Assembly: GCA_050123375.1 (NCBI GenBank)
Contig: JASFHF010000003.1
Span: 2,064-66,063, forward strand
DNA from: Gammaproteobacteria bacterium
Lineage (GTDB): Bacteria; Pseudomonadota; Gammaproteobacteria; UBA12402
Direction of reading: 5' to 3'
Length of the DNA: 64,000 nucleotides
The notes below the pieces were generated by a model. The model worked only from the letters and a program-made list of their open reading frames with translations, was not told where the DNA came from and did no database searches. A program made the translations under genes and the position numbers. Each line of letters starts with the position of its first letter. Position 1 is the stretch's first letter. Below, piece after piece: positions 9,821 to 20,225 of this stretch.

Positions 9821-10452
9821 CCTGCTTATATATCCACCGCCTGAGGCGGTGGATTGGGCAATGGTTTAACCGTTGCCAAAACAACCTGCTCATGTTACCA
9901 ATGTTGAGTTATCCCCATAACTCAACAAAAGAGGAAACAAGATGAGCAGGTTTAAAAGATTATCTCATGTTTTATGGTGTTGTATCTACCATATTGTGTG
10001 GGTTCCGAAATATAGATACAGGATTTTGGTTGGTGAGGTAGCGAGAGAGTTACGAAAGACGTTACATGTATTTGCAGGAAGGCTGGGCTGTAATGTTGTT
10101 GAATTAAACATTCAGCCAGATCATGTGCATTTGTTGTTAAGGGTGCCGCCAAAAATTAGCATATCGAAATTGATGGGGACATTGAAGGGCAAGAGCGCCA
10201 TTCAAATATTTCGTCAATTTCCGAATTTGCGCAAGAAGGTTTATTGGGGTAATCATTTTTGGGCGAAAGGTTATTGTGTTGATACAGTAGGTTTGAGCGA
10301 AGAAATGATCAAGAAGTATGTGAAGTTTCAAGAAAAAGAAGAAAAGCTTCACGAACAAAGAAATTTATTTTAATAACGAGATATTGGGGATAGCAAGCAC
10401 CCTTTAAGGGTGCTAAACAAAACCACCTTCTTAGAAGGTGGATTCTTTACTT
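9821..10452 (+). mobile_element. IS200/IS605-family element (tnpA only); ends approximate
   Basis: Subterminal hairpins at 9832..9854 and 10421..10443; Y1 transposase; no clear target duplication. Confidence 0.9.
9942..10373 (+). CDS. tnpA: IS200-family Y1 HUH transposase
   Basis: YHIVWVPKYR, DHVHLL (HUH), FWAKGY, catalytic Tyr in IKKYV. Confidence 0.95.
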   Translation: MSRFKRLSHVLWCCIYHIVWVPKYRYRILVGEVARELRKTLHVFAGRLGCNVVELNIQPDHVHLLLRVPPKISISKLMGTLKGKSAIQIFRQFPNLRKKVYWGNHFWAKGYCVDTVGLSEEMIKKYVKFQEKEEKLHEQRNLF

Positions 10453-11281
10453 AATGAACACATAAAAAACACATTAGCATTTCGTGGTGGAACGGCGCTT
10501 AATAAAATTTTTATTACCCCAGCCGCACGTTATAGCGAGGATCTGGATTTTGTGCAAATTCCAGATGAGCCTATTGGTAAAACTGTTAATGCAATACGTA
10601 GTGCATTGGATAGCTGGCTCGGAGAACCAAGGCGTAATTTCACCAAACGAGGTGTAAAATTAATTTATCGTTATAAAGCTGCTGATAATTCTTTCGCTAA
10701 ATTAAAAATTGAAATAAATATAACTGAACATTTTCAAATTGAGCCATTTCAACAGTATCCATTTTCTGTATCTTCTGAATGGTTTGATGGGGATGCATTT
10801 ATTACTAGTTATACGTTAGATGAGTTAATGGGTACAAAATTGCGTGCGCTTTATCAAAGGCGTAAGGGTAGAGATTTGTTTGATCTGTGGTTCACATTAA
10901 AAAATGATTTGATTAATGTTTCTAATGTCATATCGATTTTTGAGAAATATTGTAGTTTTCAAAAAGAGCCTATTACTCGTGCCATGTTTGAAAAAAGTTT
11001 GCATTTAAAAAAGCAGTATCAAGATTTTCAGGTAGATATTTTGCCTTTGCTGACACCAGAAGCTCAGTGGGATTTTTCACAGGCAATGAGTGTGGTTGAG
11101 GATAAATTTATTCAGAAGTTGAAAGGGAAGTCATGGCAAGGTAATGCATAATCCTTATGCAAATCATCAAGTAAGCATAGAATTTTAAGATTTAATATTT
11201 GCGAAATTTTAATGTTATATTACTTTACCTTACTGCAGACACAGAATATTGATATATTAATTATGGTAAAAGTAATATCAG

Positions 11282-12295
11282 TTATTTTTCCATATCCCCA
11301 CTATATTTCCCCACCGCAGCGGCGCCGTTTAAGCGCGCGCGTTTTAGCAATTCTTGCTGCGCGGCAGTTACATTTTCTTTTTTGCCTAGCCATGCTTTTA
11401 GGCAGGGAGCTTGTAACGCCCGGCCGTAAGAAAAACTAAGGTACCATGGTTGTGGACCGATTTTATTGATGGCATTTAAATTTTCGGTAGCCATCACATC
11501 ACTTTGGCCGCCGGATAAGAAATTAATGGTAGGTACTGCGGCTGGAACGGTGCGGCGTAAGATTTTAATTGTTGCTTGAGCTACTTCTTCAACGGATGGC
11601 TGCTTAGAAAATTCTTTACCGGCAACGATCATATTGGGTTTTAAAATCATTAATTCCAATTCAACTTTATGTTTGTGTAATTTATCAAATACTTTATGGA
11701 AAACTTTTTCGCTAACTTCGGCGCATTTTTCTAAACTATGATTACTATCCATTAAAACTTCCGGTTCAACAATTGGCACAATTCCAGCATTTTGACAAAT
11801 TTTGGCATAACGTGCGAGTAAGCATGCATTATTTTTGATGATTAATGAGGATGGATAAATATCAGAGATTTTAAAGACTACGCGCCATTTAGCAAAACGT
11901 GCGCCCATTTTTTTGTATTCTTCTAAGCGTTCTGGCAAGCCATCCAATCCTTGAGTGGTTTTTTCTTCTGTAGATGATTCAAATAAAATTAAGCCTTTAT
12001 CAACTTTTATTCCTGGAATAATGCCGCGTTCAGCTAATAATTGCGGAAATGGTGTGCCGTCTGCAGTTTTTTGACCTAAAGTTTCTTCATATAAAATTAC
12101 ACCGCAAATATATTTTTCTAATTCTGGTGTAGTGAATAAAAGTTCACGATAAGCGCGGCGGTTTTCTTCGGTTGATTCTACTTTAATTGTATCAAAGCGT
12201 TTTTTAATCGTAGGTGAGCTTTCGTCAGCAGCTAAAATTCCTTTGCCTGGGGTTATCATTGTTTTTATGGTTTGTTCGAGTTGATTGATGTTCAT
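11282..12295 (-). CDS. fba: Fructose-bisphosphate aldolase class I
   Basis: GKGILAADES, IKVDKG, VPIVEPEV, FLSGGQS, SFSYGRALQ. Confidence 0.95.
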   Translation of the reverse strand: MNINQLEQTIKTMITPGKGILAADESSPTIKKRFDTIKVESTEENRRAYRELLFTTPELEKYICGVILYEETLGQKTADGTPFPQLLAERGIIPGIKVDKGLILFESSTEEKTTQGLDGLPERLEEYKKMGARFAKWRVVFKISDIYPSSLIIKNNACLLARYAKICQNAGIVPIVEPEVLMDSNHSLEKCAEVSEKVFHKVFDKLHKHKVELELMILKPNMIVAGKEFSKQPSVEEVAQATIKILRRTVPAAVPTINFLSGGQSDVMATENLNAINKIGPQPWYLSFSYGRALQAPCLKAWLGKKENVTAAQQELLKRARLNGAAAVGKYSGDMEK

Positions 12296-12311
12296 AAAGT
12301 TTCTCCTAAGT

Positions 12312-12423
12312 TACTCCGTAGCGGGGTCAAGGCTTGAATTTTACACTTTAAATTAAAAAACCAAAACCTAGCTCTACCGCTTTTGCCCATTAAGTCAAAG
12401 CTTAAAATTCAAGCCTTGACCCC
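12312..12423. repeat. REPIN/MITE-like element, family A, copy 2 (reverse orientation)
   Basis: Arms GGGGTCAAGGCTTGAATTTTA at 12323..12343 and 12403..12423; spacer and tail homologous to copy 1. Confidence 0.88.
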
Positions 12424-12447
12424 ATTATTACGTGCCCCTATATCCAT

Positions 12448-13230
12448 TTATAAAAATCCCCTGATAATTTCTAATAATTGCTTGGTGATTTTTGGATTAC
12501 CGCAAACCACATGTCCGGTTTGTAAATAATCTTCGCCGCCAGTTGTTGGGTCAATAATCATGCCGCCTGCTTCGCGGATTAATAAAGCGCCGGCAGCAAC
12601 ATCCCAGGTTCCTAAACCGAATTCCCAAAATCCATCTAGTTGACCACTGGCCACGTACGCTAAATCCAGAGCTGCTGATCCAGCACGTCGAACACCTGCG
12701 CATTGCAAGGCAATGGCTTTTAAAGTTTCATAATATTGGTCGCGATATTCTGGTGAGCGAAAAGGAAAACCAGTTCCTAATAAACATTTTGGCAGTTGAT
12801 GTTCTTGGCTGACGCGAATGCGTTTATTATTTTTTTGTGCGCCGGAGCCGCGTGTTGCAGTAAATAAATCTTGTTTTAGCGGATCGTAAATTACTGCATG
12901 TTCAATAACTGTATTAATACGCAATGCAATTGAAACAGAAAAATGCGGTAAGCCATGGATAAAATTAGCCGTGCCATCCAGTGGATCAATTATCCATTGG
13001 AATTCATCGCCGTCAACGGTGCCGGTTTCTTCACCCAAAAAACCGTGGGTTGGGTAAGCGGTATGTAAAATATCCATGATGGTTTGTTCAGATGATTTAT
13101 CGATGTTGGTGACAAAATCTTTAGGATTTTTTTCGCTGACTTTGACTAAATCTAACCGCTCATAGCCTTTCATGATGATTTTGCCGGCTTCGCGCGCGGC
13201 TTTAATGGCGGTATTGATGAATGGGTGCAT
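12448..13230 (-). CDS. suhB: Inositol monophosphatase family protein SuhB
   Basis: WIIDPLDGT, RRAGSAALDL, WDVAAG. Confidence 0.95.
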   Translation of the reverse strand: MHPFINTAIKAAREAGKIIMKGYERLDLVKVSEKNPKDFVTNIDKSSEQTIMDILHTAYPTHGFLGEETGTVDGDEFQWIIDPLDGTANFIHGLPHFSVSIALRINTVIEHAVIYDPLKQDLFTATRGSGAQKNNKRIRVSQEHQLPKCLLGTGFPFRSPEYRDQYYETLKAIALQCAGVRRAGSAALDLAYVASGQLDGFWEFGLGTWDVAAGALLIREAGGMIIDPTTGGEDYLQTGHVVCGNPKITKQLLEIIRGFL

Positions 13231-13233
13231 AGA

Positions 13234-14553
13234 TTATTTCTCCATGGTTATAGGGTTAAGTTTATCAAATAATCCTATGGCGTAAAGGGGATAATTATAT
13301 ACAATATCATCATGCTTAAAATTAAGCAAATTTGTTCTTAAGATGCTATTTGCTTTATATTTTTGTGCGTAAATTTTTAAACTTTTAGCAAGGGTTGATT
13401 TGCCGGCTTTAACTTCTAAAGGAAACACAACTGATTGATGTTCTAAAATAAAATCAACCTCAGCTGAGCCTGCGCTTGTCCAGTAGTAAAGTTGATCTGA
13501 ATTATTAGCTATTAATTCTTGTGTTACAAAATTTTCAGTGAATGCGCCTTTAAATTCTGTGAATAGTTCCGATCCTTGGGTAATGATTTTTGGTGATAAT
13601 TTGGCCATGGCGCCTAATAATCCCACATCTAACATATAAATTTTAAACGCAGATTTATCTGCGTATGCATCTAGTGGTAGTTTAGGTGTATTAATCTTAA
13701 AAGAATTATAAATTAAACCAGCATCTAATAACCATTGAATGGCTGTTTGATATTCCCGGGCTCGAGCACTTTTATGAATGGCTGCAAATATAAATTTTTT
13801 ATTTTCTTTAGCTAATTGGTTTGGAATAGATTGCCATATATTCATTATTTTCATTGTTTCATTTGCCGGTGCATGTTTTGCAAAATCTAAGGTGTAAGCA
13901 TCTAAAATTGCTTTTTGTATTTTTCTAACTTGAGAAAAATCATTCGCTTTAATAAAAATTTTTACTGCTTCAGGCATACCGCCAATCACTAAATATTGTT
14001 TCAGCAAATTTAATAAATCATCATGAAATAATTTATTAATGGGGTTAAAATTTTTTAAGGAAATTAATAATTCATAAAGCTTCTCTTTGCCCATTGCATT
14101 TAAAAACTCAAAAAATGACAATGGTTTTAATTCAAGAAAGTCAACTTTGCCAACAGGAAATCCTTTGCTGCGATTTAACTTAATGCCTAATAAAGATCCT
14201 GCTGCAGCAATGTGATATTCGTTGGCGTGTTCATTAAAATATTTAAGGCTATTTAATGCTTCCGGGCATTCTTGGATTTCATCAAAAATTATTAAGGTTT
14301 CTCCAGGAGAGATTGATTGATTAAAATGTATTTGTAAATTGTTGATAATGTTTGTTGGATTTATGTCCCCGGCAAAGAAAGCGGCGATTTTGGATGATTC
14401 TTCAAAATTCACATATATGCAATTGCGATATTCTTTAGCGAATTTTTTCAATATATATGTCTTGCCAACCTGTCTTCCGCCTTTAATAATCAAAGGTTTA
14501 CGGTATTTGTTGCTTTTCCAGGTTAGTAATGATGTATAAATTAATCTTTGCAT
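13234..14553 (-). CDS. AAA_14 ATPase with DUF4143 / PD-(D/E)XK C-terminus, paralog 1
   Basis: GGRQVGKT, IFDEIQ, GGMPE, EVDF...PLEVK. Confidence 0.88.
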   Translation of the reverse strand: MQRLIYTSLLTWKSNKYRKPLIIKGGRQVGKTYILKKFAKEYRNCIYVNFEESSKIAAFFAGDINPTNIINNLQIHFNQSISPGETLIIFDEIQECPEALNSLKYFNEHANEYHIAAAGSLLGIKLNRSKGFPVGKVDFLELKPLSFFEFLNAMGKEKLYELLISLKNFNPINKLFHDDLLNLLKQYLVIGGMPEAVKIFIKANDFSQVRKIQKAILDAYTLDFAKHAPANETMKIMNIWQSIPNQLAKENKKFIFAAIHKSARAREYQTAIQWLLDAGLIYNSFKINTPKLPLDAYADKSAFKIYMLDVGLLGAMAKLSPKIITQGSELFTEFKGAFTENFVTQELIANNSDQLYYWTSAGSAEVDFILEHQSVVFPLEVKAGKSTLAKSLKIYAQKYKANSILRTNLLNFKHDDIVYNYPLYAIGLFDKLNPITMEK

Positions 14554-14570
14554 AGGTACATTATGTTACA

Positions 14571-14645
14571 AAAACGTGATAATTTCCACATTTTTCCATG
14601 GTAAAACGTGATAATTCCCACGTTTTACCATGGAAAAACGTGATT
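14571..14645. repeat. Palindromic tandem array (32-bp period) upstream of DUF4143 paralog 1
   Basis: AAAACGTGAT at 14571, 14603 and 14635; perfect 20-bp inverted arms spanning 14591..14638. Confidence 0.85.
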
Positions 14646-14673
14646 TTGGGGTTTGGTGCAATAATGTTACAAT

Positions 14674-15387
14674 ATGATCGCTATGAAGAATATAAGAATC
14701 GTGTTAGTTAATCCTTCTCATCCCGGTAATATTGGTGCGGCTGCGCGTGCGATGAAGAATATGGGATTGCATTGTTTATATCTTGTGCAGCCTGAGAAGT
14801 TTCCACATCCAGAGGCGATTTACCGTGCTTCCCGCGCTGATGATATTGTACAGAATGCTAAGGTAGTAGCTACGCTAGATGATGCTTTGATTGGTTGTGC
14901 GCATGTGTATGGTACTAGTGCGCGTAAACGTGAAATGTCGGCGCCGGTAATTGATGTTCGTGAGATGGCGGAGATGATTGCAGAGAAACCCGTGGAAACT
15001 GCAATTGTTTTTGGCCGCGAAAAACACGGACTTTATAATGAGGAATTACAGCGTTGCCAATATCAAGTCAAAATTCCAACGGTTGATGATTATAGTTCTT
15101 TAAATCTTGGTGCCGCAGTGCAGGTAGTTGCGTATGAATTATATGTTGCAATGCAAGGAGATGCGCCTGAAATAACTCGTTCAACAGTCGAATTAGCCAC
15201 TGCAGATGAAATGGAGGGTTTATATCAACATTTAGAAAAAGTTGCGGTTGCAACCGGTTTTTTGAATCCGGAAAAACCAAAAACTATGATGCCGCGGTTT
15301 CGTCAAATTTTTAATCGTGCGCACCTTGATAAAGAAGATGTTAATTTAATTCGTGGAATGTTGGTTAAAATCGACAAATGTAAATAA
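14674..15387 (+). CDS. trmJ: tRNA 2'-O-methyltransferase TrmJ
   Basis: SHPGNIGAAARAMKNMG, FGREKHGL, YSSLNL. Confidence 0.93.
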   Translation: MIAMKNIRIVLVNPSHPGNIGAAARAMKNMGLHCLYLVQPEKFPHPEAIYRASRADDIVQNAKVVATLDDALIGCAHVYGTSARKREMSAPVIDVREMAEMIAEKPVETAIVFGREKHGLYNEELQRCQYQVKIPTVDDYSSLNLGAAVQVVAYELYVAMQGDAPEITRSTVELATADEMEGLYQHLEKVAVATGFLNPEKPKTMMPRFRQIFNRAHLDKEDVNLIRGMLVKIDKCK

Positions 15388-15408
15388 TAACGATAGAATA
15401 TTGATGTT

Positions 15409-16623
15409 ATGAAATTACCAATTTATCTAGACTACGCAGCCACCACTCCGGTTGATCCTCGGGTAGCGGAGAAAATGATGCAATGTATGATGCCTGATGG
15501 AGTTTTTGGCAATCCGGCTTCCACCTCGCATTCTTTTGGCTGGGATGCATCTGAATTAGTGGAAAAAGCCAGAAAACAGGTGGCTGATTTAATTAATGCA
15601 GATCCTAGAGAAATTATTTGGACTTCGGGAGCAACTGAGGCAGATAATTTGGCGATTAAAGGTGCAGCAGATTTTTATTCGCGTAAAGGTAAGCATATTA
15701 TTACCAGTAAAACTGAACATAAAGCTGTGTTAGATACCTGCAAATATTTGGCTAAAGAAGGTTATGATGTTACTTTTTTAACTCCCGAACCAAGTGGTCT
15801 GATTGATTTACAAAAATTACAAGATGCAATTCGCGACGATACAATTCTGATTTCTATTATGCATGTTAATAATGAAATTGGCGTGGTGCAGGATATTGCT
15901 GCAATTGGTGAAATTGCGCGCAAAAAAGAAATAATTTTTCATGTTGATGCAGCACAAAGTATTGGCAAGTTACCGATTGATTTACAGAAATTGAAAGTTG
16001 ATTTGATGTCGTTTTCCGGACACAAAATTTATGGTCCTAAAGGTATTGGTGCTTTATATATTAGACGTCAACCGCGGGTGCGTTTAACTACACAAATACA
16101 TGGTGGCGGGCACGAACGCGGTTTTCGTTCAGGAACTTTGGCAACTCATCAAATTGTTGGGATAGGTGAAGCTTTTCGGATTGCAAAAGATGAAATGGCG
16201 GAAGAAACTCAGCGATTTACTAAACTGCGCGAACGTTTGTGGGAAGGTATTAAGCAAATTGAGGCAATTCATCTTAATACTGATTTAGTACACAGTGCGC
16301 CGCATATTTTGAATGTGAGTTTTCACTATATTGAAGGTGAATCGTTGATTTTGGCGATTAAAGATATTGCGGTTTCAACCGGTTCAGCTTGTACCTCAGC
16401 CAGTCTTGAGCCATCTTATGTGTTGCGGGCTTTGGGGTTGAGTGATGAATTAGCGCATAGCTCAATTCGGTTTGCGGTAGGCCGATTTACTACTGAAGAA
16501 GAGATTGATTATACGGTACGATTAGTGCAAAATGCAGTGCAAAAATTGCGCGATATGTCGCCTTTGTGGGAGATGTATAAGAAGGGCGTAGATATAGAAA
16601 ATTATAACTGGGATAAGCATTGA
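15409..16623 (+). CDS. iscS: Cysteine desulfurase IscS
   Basis: [34 protein letters not shown]. Confidence 0.97.
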   Translation: MKLPIYLDYAATTPVDPRVAEKMMQCMMPDGVFGNPASTSHSFGWDASELVEKARKQVADLINADPREIIWTSGATEADNLAIKGAADFYSRKGKHIITSKTEHKAVLDTCKYLAKEGYDVTFLTPEPSGLIDLQKLQDAIRDDTILISIMHVNNEIGVVQDIAAIGEIARKKEIIFHVDAAQSIGKLPIDLQKLKVDLMSFSGHKIYGPKGIGALYIRRQPRVRLTTQIHGGGHERGFRSGTLATHQIVGIGEAFRIAKDEMAEETQRFTKLRERLWEGIKQIEAIHLNTDLVHSAPHILNVSFHYIEGESLILAIKDIAVSTGSACTSASLEPSYVLRALGLSDELAHSSIRFAVGRFTTEEEIDYTVRLVQNAVQKLRDMSPLWEMYKKGVDIENYNWDKH

Positions 16624-16630
16624 TGTATGC

Positions 16631-16697
16631 GGGACGGAGCTTTACATAATTACAAGTGCCTTGTTTGTTGCTTTGTAATCATGTAAAGCTCCGTCCC
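16631..16697. repeat. REPIN-like palindrome, family C
   Basis: GGGACGGAGCTTTACATAATTACAA ... TTGTAATCATGTAAAGCTCCGTCCC; second copy at 45412..45469. Confidence 0.85.
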
Positions 16698-16760
16698 TCA
16701 AGAAATCTAATTCATTACTTTGTAATTTGTAAAAACGTGATGTTACACATGAGGTGAAAA

Positions 16761-17177
16761 ATGACAGCAGAATCAAAATCAAAACCAAATTTAGGTTACA
16801 GTGAAAATTTAATGGATCACTACGAAAATCCACGTAACATTGGAACACTTGATGAAAATGATCCTAATGTTGGTACTGGAATGATAGGTTCACCTGCATG
16901 TGGTGATATTATGCGTTTACAAATCAAAGTAAATGATAAAGGCATAATTGAAGACGCAAAATTTAAAACTTACGGCTGCGGCGCCGCCATTGCTTCCAGT
17001 TCGGTTGCAACTGAATGGATCAAAGGCAAAACTTTAGATGAAGCATTGCAGCTTAAAAATGACAAAATTGTTGAATATTTAAAATTACCGCCGGTTAAAA
17101 TTCATTGTTCGATTCTAGCAGAAGAAGCGATCGCTGCAGCGATCAAAGATTATCGGGATAAGCATCAGAAAAAATAA
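16761..17177 (+). CDS. iscU: Fe-S scaffold IscU
   Basis: PACGD, FKTYGCG, LPPVKIHCS. Confidence 0.96.
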   Translation: MTAESKSKPNLGYSENLMDHYENPRNIGTLDENDPNVGTGMIGSPACGDIMRLQIKVNDKGIIEDAKFKTYGCGAAIASSSVATEWIKGKTLDEALQLKNDKIVEYLKLPPVKIHCSILAEEAIAAAIKDYRDKHQKK

Positions 17178-17178
17178 A

Positions 17179-17232
17179 AACGAAAACACCATGGTGTTTT
17201 CGTTAGATACTTAAAAAAACACCATGGTGTTT
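17179..17232. repeat. Two CCATGG-centred palindromes upstream of DUF4143 paralog 2
   Basis: Perfect 26-bp AACGAAAACACCATGGTGTTTTCGTT and 16-bp AAACACCATGGTGTTT, centres 33 bp apart. Confidence 0.85.
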
Positions 17233-17286
17233 ACTTGACTTCGTATTAAAACTACCCTATATTTTATTTAGGGGGTTAATATTGCA

Positions 17287-18651
17287 ATGTATAGAACAGC
17301 ACTGGCAGATTTACAGAATTGGCTTCAATCTAGTGATCGTAAACCTTTGGTTATGCGAGGGGCTCGTCAAGTTGGTAAAACTTGGCTAGTGCGGCAATTA
17401 GCAAAAATTACTGGTAGTCAGCTAATAGAGATAAACTTTGAGCAAAATCCGCAATTTGCTTCCATGTTTGAGAGTAATGATCCAAAGCAAATTATAATTA
17501 ACTTAGGTGCTGCTTTAAACACTACTATTGCGATTAGTAAAAGCATCTTATTTCTCGATGAAATTCAAACCGTTCCAGAGTTGTTAAGTAAATTACGCTG
17601 GTTTGCAGAAGATCTGCCTGAGTTAGCAGTAATTTCTACTGGTTCATTATTGGATTTTGTTTTAGCCGAACATAGTTTTAGCATGCCCGTAGGTAGGATA
17701 AGTTATTTACACCTGGAGCCTTTAACTTTTGAGGAATTTTTATTAGCAAAAGGACAAAAAAAGCTGTTTGAATTTATTCAAAATTTTAGTTGGCAAAATT
17801 CCATTCCAAAATTAATTCACGAAAAATTACTTAGCCTATTCAAGGAATATATAATAATTGGTGGCATGCCTGCTGTTACAGCTAGTTGGATTAAAAATAA
17901 TTCTCCGGTCGAAATAAACCGTCTTCATCATGAGCTTTTGACAGCTTATAAAGATGATTTTGCCAAATATGCAGGTAAAATTTCAACTGTTAGATTAGAA
18001 GAAGTATTAACAGCTTTTTCTCAAATGTTAGGAAAAAAATTCATCTATAATAAAGTAAATAAAGAAGTTTCTTACACTAGTATTAAAAATGCTCTGCAAT
18101 TATTGGTTAAAGCTGGAATATGTCATCAAGTGATTAGTACTGCTGCAAATGGCATTCCTTTAGGCGCAGAGATAAACACAAAATTTTTTAAAGTTATTGG
18201 AATAGATGTTGGATTAGTTTCCGCAGCGCTTAAGTTGGGATTACATCAAATGGATTCTATAACAGAAATAAACTTAATAAACAGTGGCGGTATTGCTGAA
18301 CAAGTTGTAGGGCAGCTTTTACGTACTATAGAACCAGGTTATATTGAACCATCTTTATATTATTGGGTAAGAGAACAAAAAAATTCTGCGGCAGAAGTAG
18401 ATTATTTAATACAGCATCAAAATAAAATTATTCCAATCGAGGTAAAGGCTGGCAGCACAGGTACACTTAAGTCGCTTCATTTTTTCATGGCGTTGAAAAA
18501 ATTGCAAACCGCGGTTCGAATAAATTCAGATGTTCCAACTATTACACAAATTAATACTAAAATTCATAATGGCAGCACGATAAAGTATCAATTAATTTCT
18601 ATACCATTTTATTTAACTCAGCAGCTTTATAGGTTGCTCGAATCTTGTTAG
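17287..18651 (+). CDS. AAA_14/DUF4143 ATPase, paralog 2
   Basis: GARQVGKT, FLDEIQ, GGMP, EVDY...PIEVK. Confidence 0.88.
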   Translation: MYRTALADLQNWLQSSDRKPLVMRGARQVGKTWLVRQLAKITGSQLIEINFEQNPQFASMFESNDPKQIIINLGAALNTTIAISKSILFLDEIQTVPELLSKLRWFAEDLPELAVISTGSLLDFVLAEHSFSMPVGRISYLHLEPLTFEEFLLAKGQKKLFEFIQNFSWQNSIPKLIHEKLLSLFKEYIIIGGMPAVTASWIKNNSPVEINRLHHELLTAYKDDFAKYAGKISTVRLEEVLTAFSQMLGKKFIYNKVNKEVSYTSIKNALQLLVKAGICHQVISTAANGIPLGAEINTKFFKVIGIDVGLVSAALKLGLHQMDSITEINLINSGGIAEQVVGQLLRTIEPGYIEPSLYYWVREQKNSAAEVDYLIQHQNKIIPIEVKAGSTGTLKSLHFFMALKKLQTAVRINSDVPTITQINTKIHNGSTIKYQLISIPFYLTQQLYRLLESC

Positions 18652-18680
18652 TAATTATTTATGACAACTTGATGACAAAA

Positions 18681-19553
18681 CTAATTAAATTTGTTGGTGA
18701 TAAAATTAATAAAATGGTGAATTTTAGGTTCGAGATATAAACTTTTTTTATAAAAAATATAGATTTTACGTTTTGGGGGAGCATATTCTTTTAAAAGCGG
18801 TACTAACAATCCTTGTTTAATTGCGTCTGCAACTATGTATTCATTCAAGGTTACAATGCCTACGCCGTTTATTGCTGCATACAGCATGGATTCTGCATCA
18901 TTGAGGTAAAGTTTTGGCTCCACGCAAACTTGTTGTTGATTGTTAAAATACAATATATTGTTAAGGTTACGCATACTATGCGTAATGTAATAATGTTGGT
19001 TAAGATCGGCAGGCGTATTTGGTGTTCCATGTTTTTTTAAATAAGAAGGAGAGCCGCAGATTACATAACGGCTTGCGGTTAATAATTTTTTACTTAGATT
19101 TGCTGCATCGATATAGTCAGAACCAAATATAATGTCAATATTTTCACATGCAAGATCCGGAGTTCTTTCGGCAACTTCAATATCTATAATTAATTTTGGA
19201 TAAAGTGTGCTAAGTTCCAATAAATGTGGAATTATATATTTTTTTGCAAAGTAACGGCCGCTGGTGATTCGCAATTTACCGGTCGGTTCTGAATGTAAAT
19301 GAGAAATTGCGCGTTCTGATTCGTCAACTGCTTCCAAAATTTGTTTGCAATGTTCATAGTAGATTTTACCAATTGCAGTTAAGGTGACATTTCTGGTTGT
19401 GCGGGTGAATAATTGCGTATTTAGTTTTTGTTCGAGTTTGGCGATTTGTTTGCTAATGGCTGGTGTAGTGACGTTAAGCTTGTCTGCTGTTTTTGAAAAG
19501 CCATTATTTTCAACAACTTGCACGAAGATTTTAATTAGTGATAATTCGCTCAT
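18681..19553 (-). CDS. LysR-family transcriptional regulator
   Basis: N-terminal HTH (FSKTADKLNVTTPAISKQIAKLE, LFTRTTR) plus substrate-binding domain. Confidence 0.93.
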   Translation of the reverse strand: MSELSLIKIFVQVVENNGFSKTADKLNVTTPAISKQIAKLEQKLNTQLFTRTTRNVTLTAIGKIYYEHCKQILEAVDESERAISHLHSEPTGKLRITSGRYFAKKYIIPHLLELSTLYPKLIIDIEVAERTPDLACENIDIIFGSDYIDAANLSKKLLTASRYVICGSPSYLKKHGTPNTPADLNQHYYITHSMRNLNNILYFNNQQQVCVEPKLYLNDAESMLYAAINGVGIVTLNEYIVADAIKQGLLVPLLKEYAPPKRKIYIFYKKSLYLEPKIHHFINFITNKFN

Positions 19554-19675
19554 AATTTATCCATTTTGTTAACCAAAAGGTTACATTTTATTGAGTTTTT
19601 GCTCTATTGTAAACTAAATTGTAGTGTATTATTATGCAACTCCTTTTTAATAATAATAACAGAGGAGGAAGTCAG

Positions 19676-20224
19676 ATGGCTTTTAGTAATGTTAATGGGT
19701 ACGATATTTTGAAGCAGGCTGAAATTGAGGAGGATAATAAAGAATCTCAATTAAAATCAAAAATCACAGCATTTTTGAGTGATGATAATAAACTAAAGGA
19801 AAAGATTCGACAGGATATTAAATCTTGGATGAAGAGTGCTAAATCAGGTTTATCTTTAAATCACGAAACATATGTTCAATCGTTATGTGCTATTTTCAAA
19901 ATGTTAGATAATACAGCATATCAAAAATACATTGAAAAAAATAATATATCAGTAAATTTGAATAAAAAACAGCAGTTAAACAGCAATGTTAATTTAAAAG
20001 TTATATTTGGGAAAACAAATAAATTGTGCAAATTTCTTTATAGTACTTTTTTTTATTCCGGAAATTCGCAAGCTGTACAATTACTTAGAATTTGGAAAAA
20101 TATAATAAATGAATTTGGTTGGGAAAAAACTGATGACTTAAGGAAGCTAAAAATAAAAGGTGAGAAGTTTATACCTACCGAAAAAAAGAATATTGAATTA
20201 AAAGATTTTAAATTTGGTCAATAA
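19676..20224 (+). CDS. Hypothetical protein divergent from LysR
   Basis: GGAGG RBS before ATG 19676 (ORF track starts at 19634); no known domain. Confidence 0.6.
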   Translation: MAFSNVNGYDILKQAEIEEDNKESQLKSKITAFLSDDNKLKEKIRQDIKSWMKSAKSGLSLNHETYVQSLCAIFKMLDNTAYQKYIEKNNISVNLNKKQQLNSNVNLKVIFGKTNKLCKFLYSTFFYSGNSQAVQLLRIWKNIINEFGWEKTDDLRKLKIKGEKFIPTEKKNIELKDFKFGQ

Positions 20225-20225
20225 A

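Larger units (their letters stand above)
9710..11151 (+). pseudogene. AbiEii nucleotidyltransferase toxin split by IS200 (9710..9820 + 10453..11151)
   Basis: N-part MIEKIYLDEW...VEQDLIISKALVCLYN joins in frame to NEHIKNTLAFRGGTALNK...RYSEDLDF...KGRDLFD. Confidence 0.9.

Noticed and set aside
10438-10452. GTG start of a standalone 237-aa toxin ORF
   Set aside because: It lies in the IS right-end hairpin; the real N-terminus is at 9710.
7920-11439. Three similar small plus-strand ORFs (7920..8111, 8687..8902, 11212..11439)
   Set aside because: They are antisense readings of the fba 3' end and its copies, not a protein family.
14571-14645. Possible mini-CRISPR
   Set aside because: Units are contiguous with no unique spacers; better read as an operator-like array.
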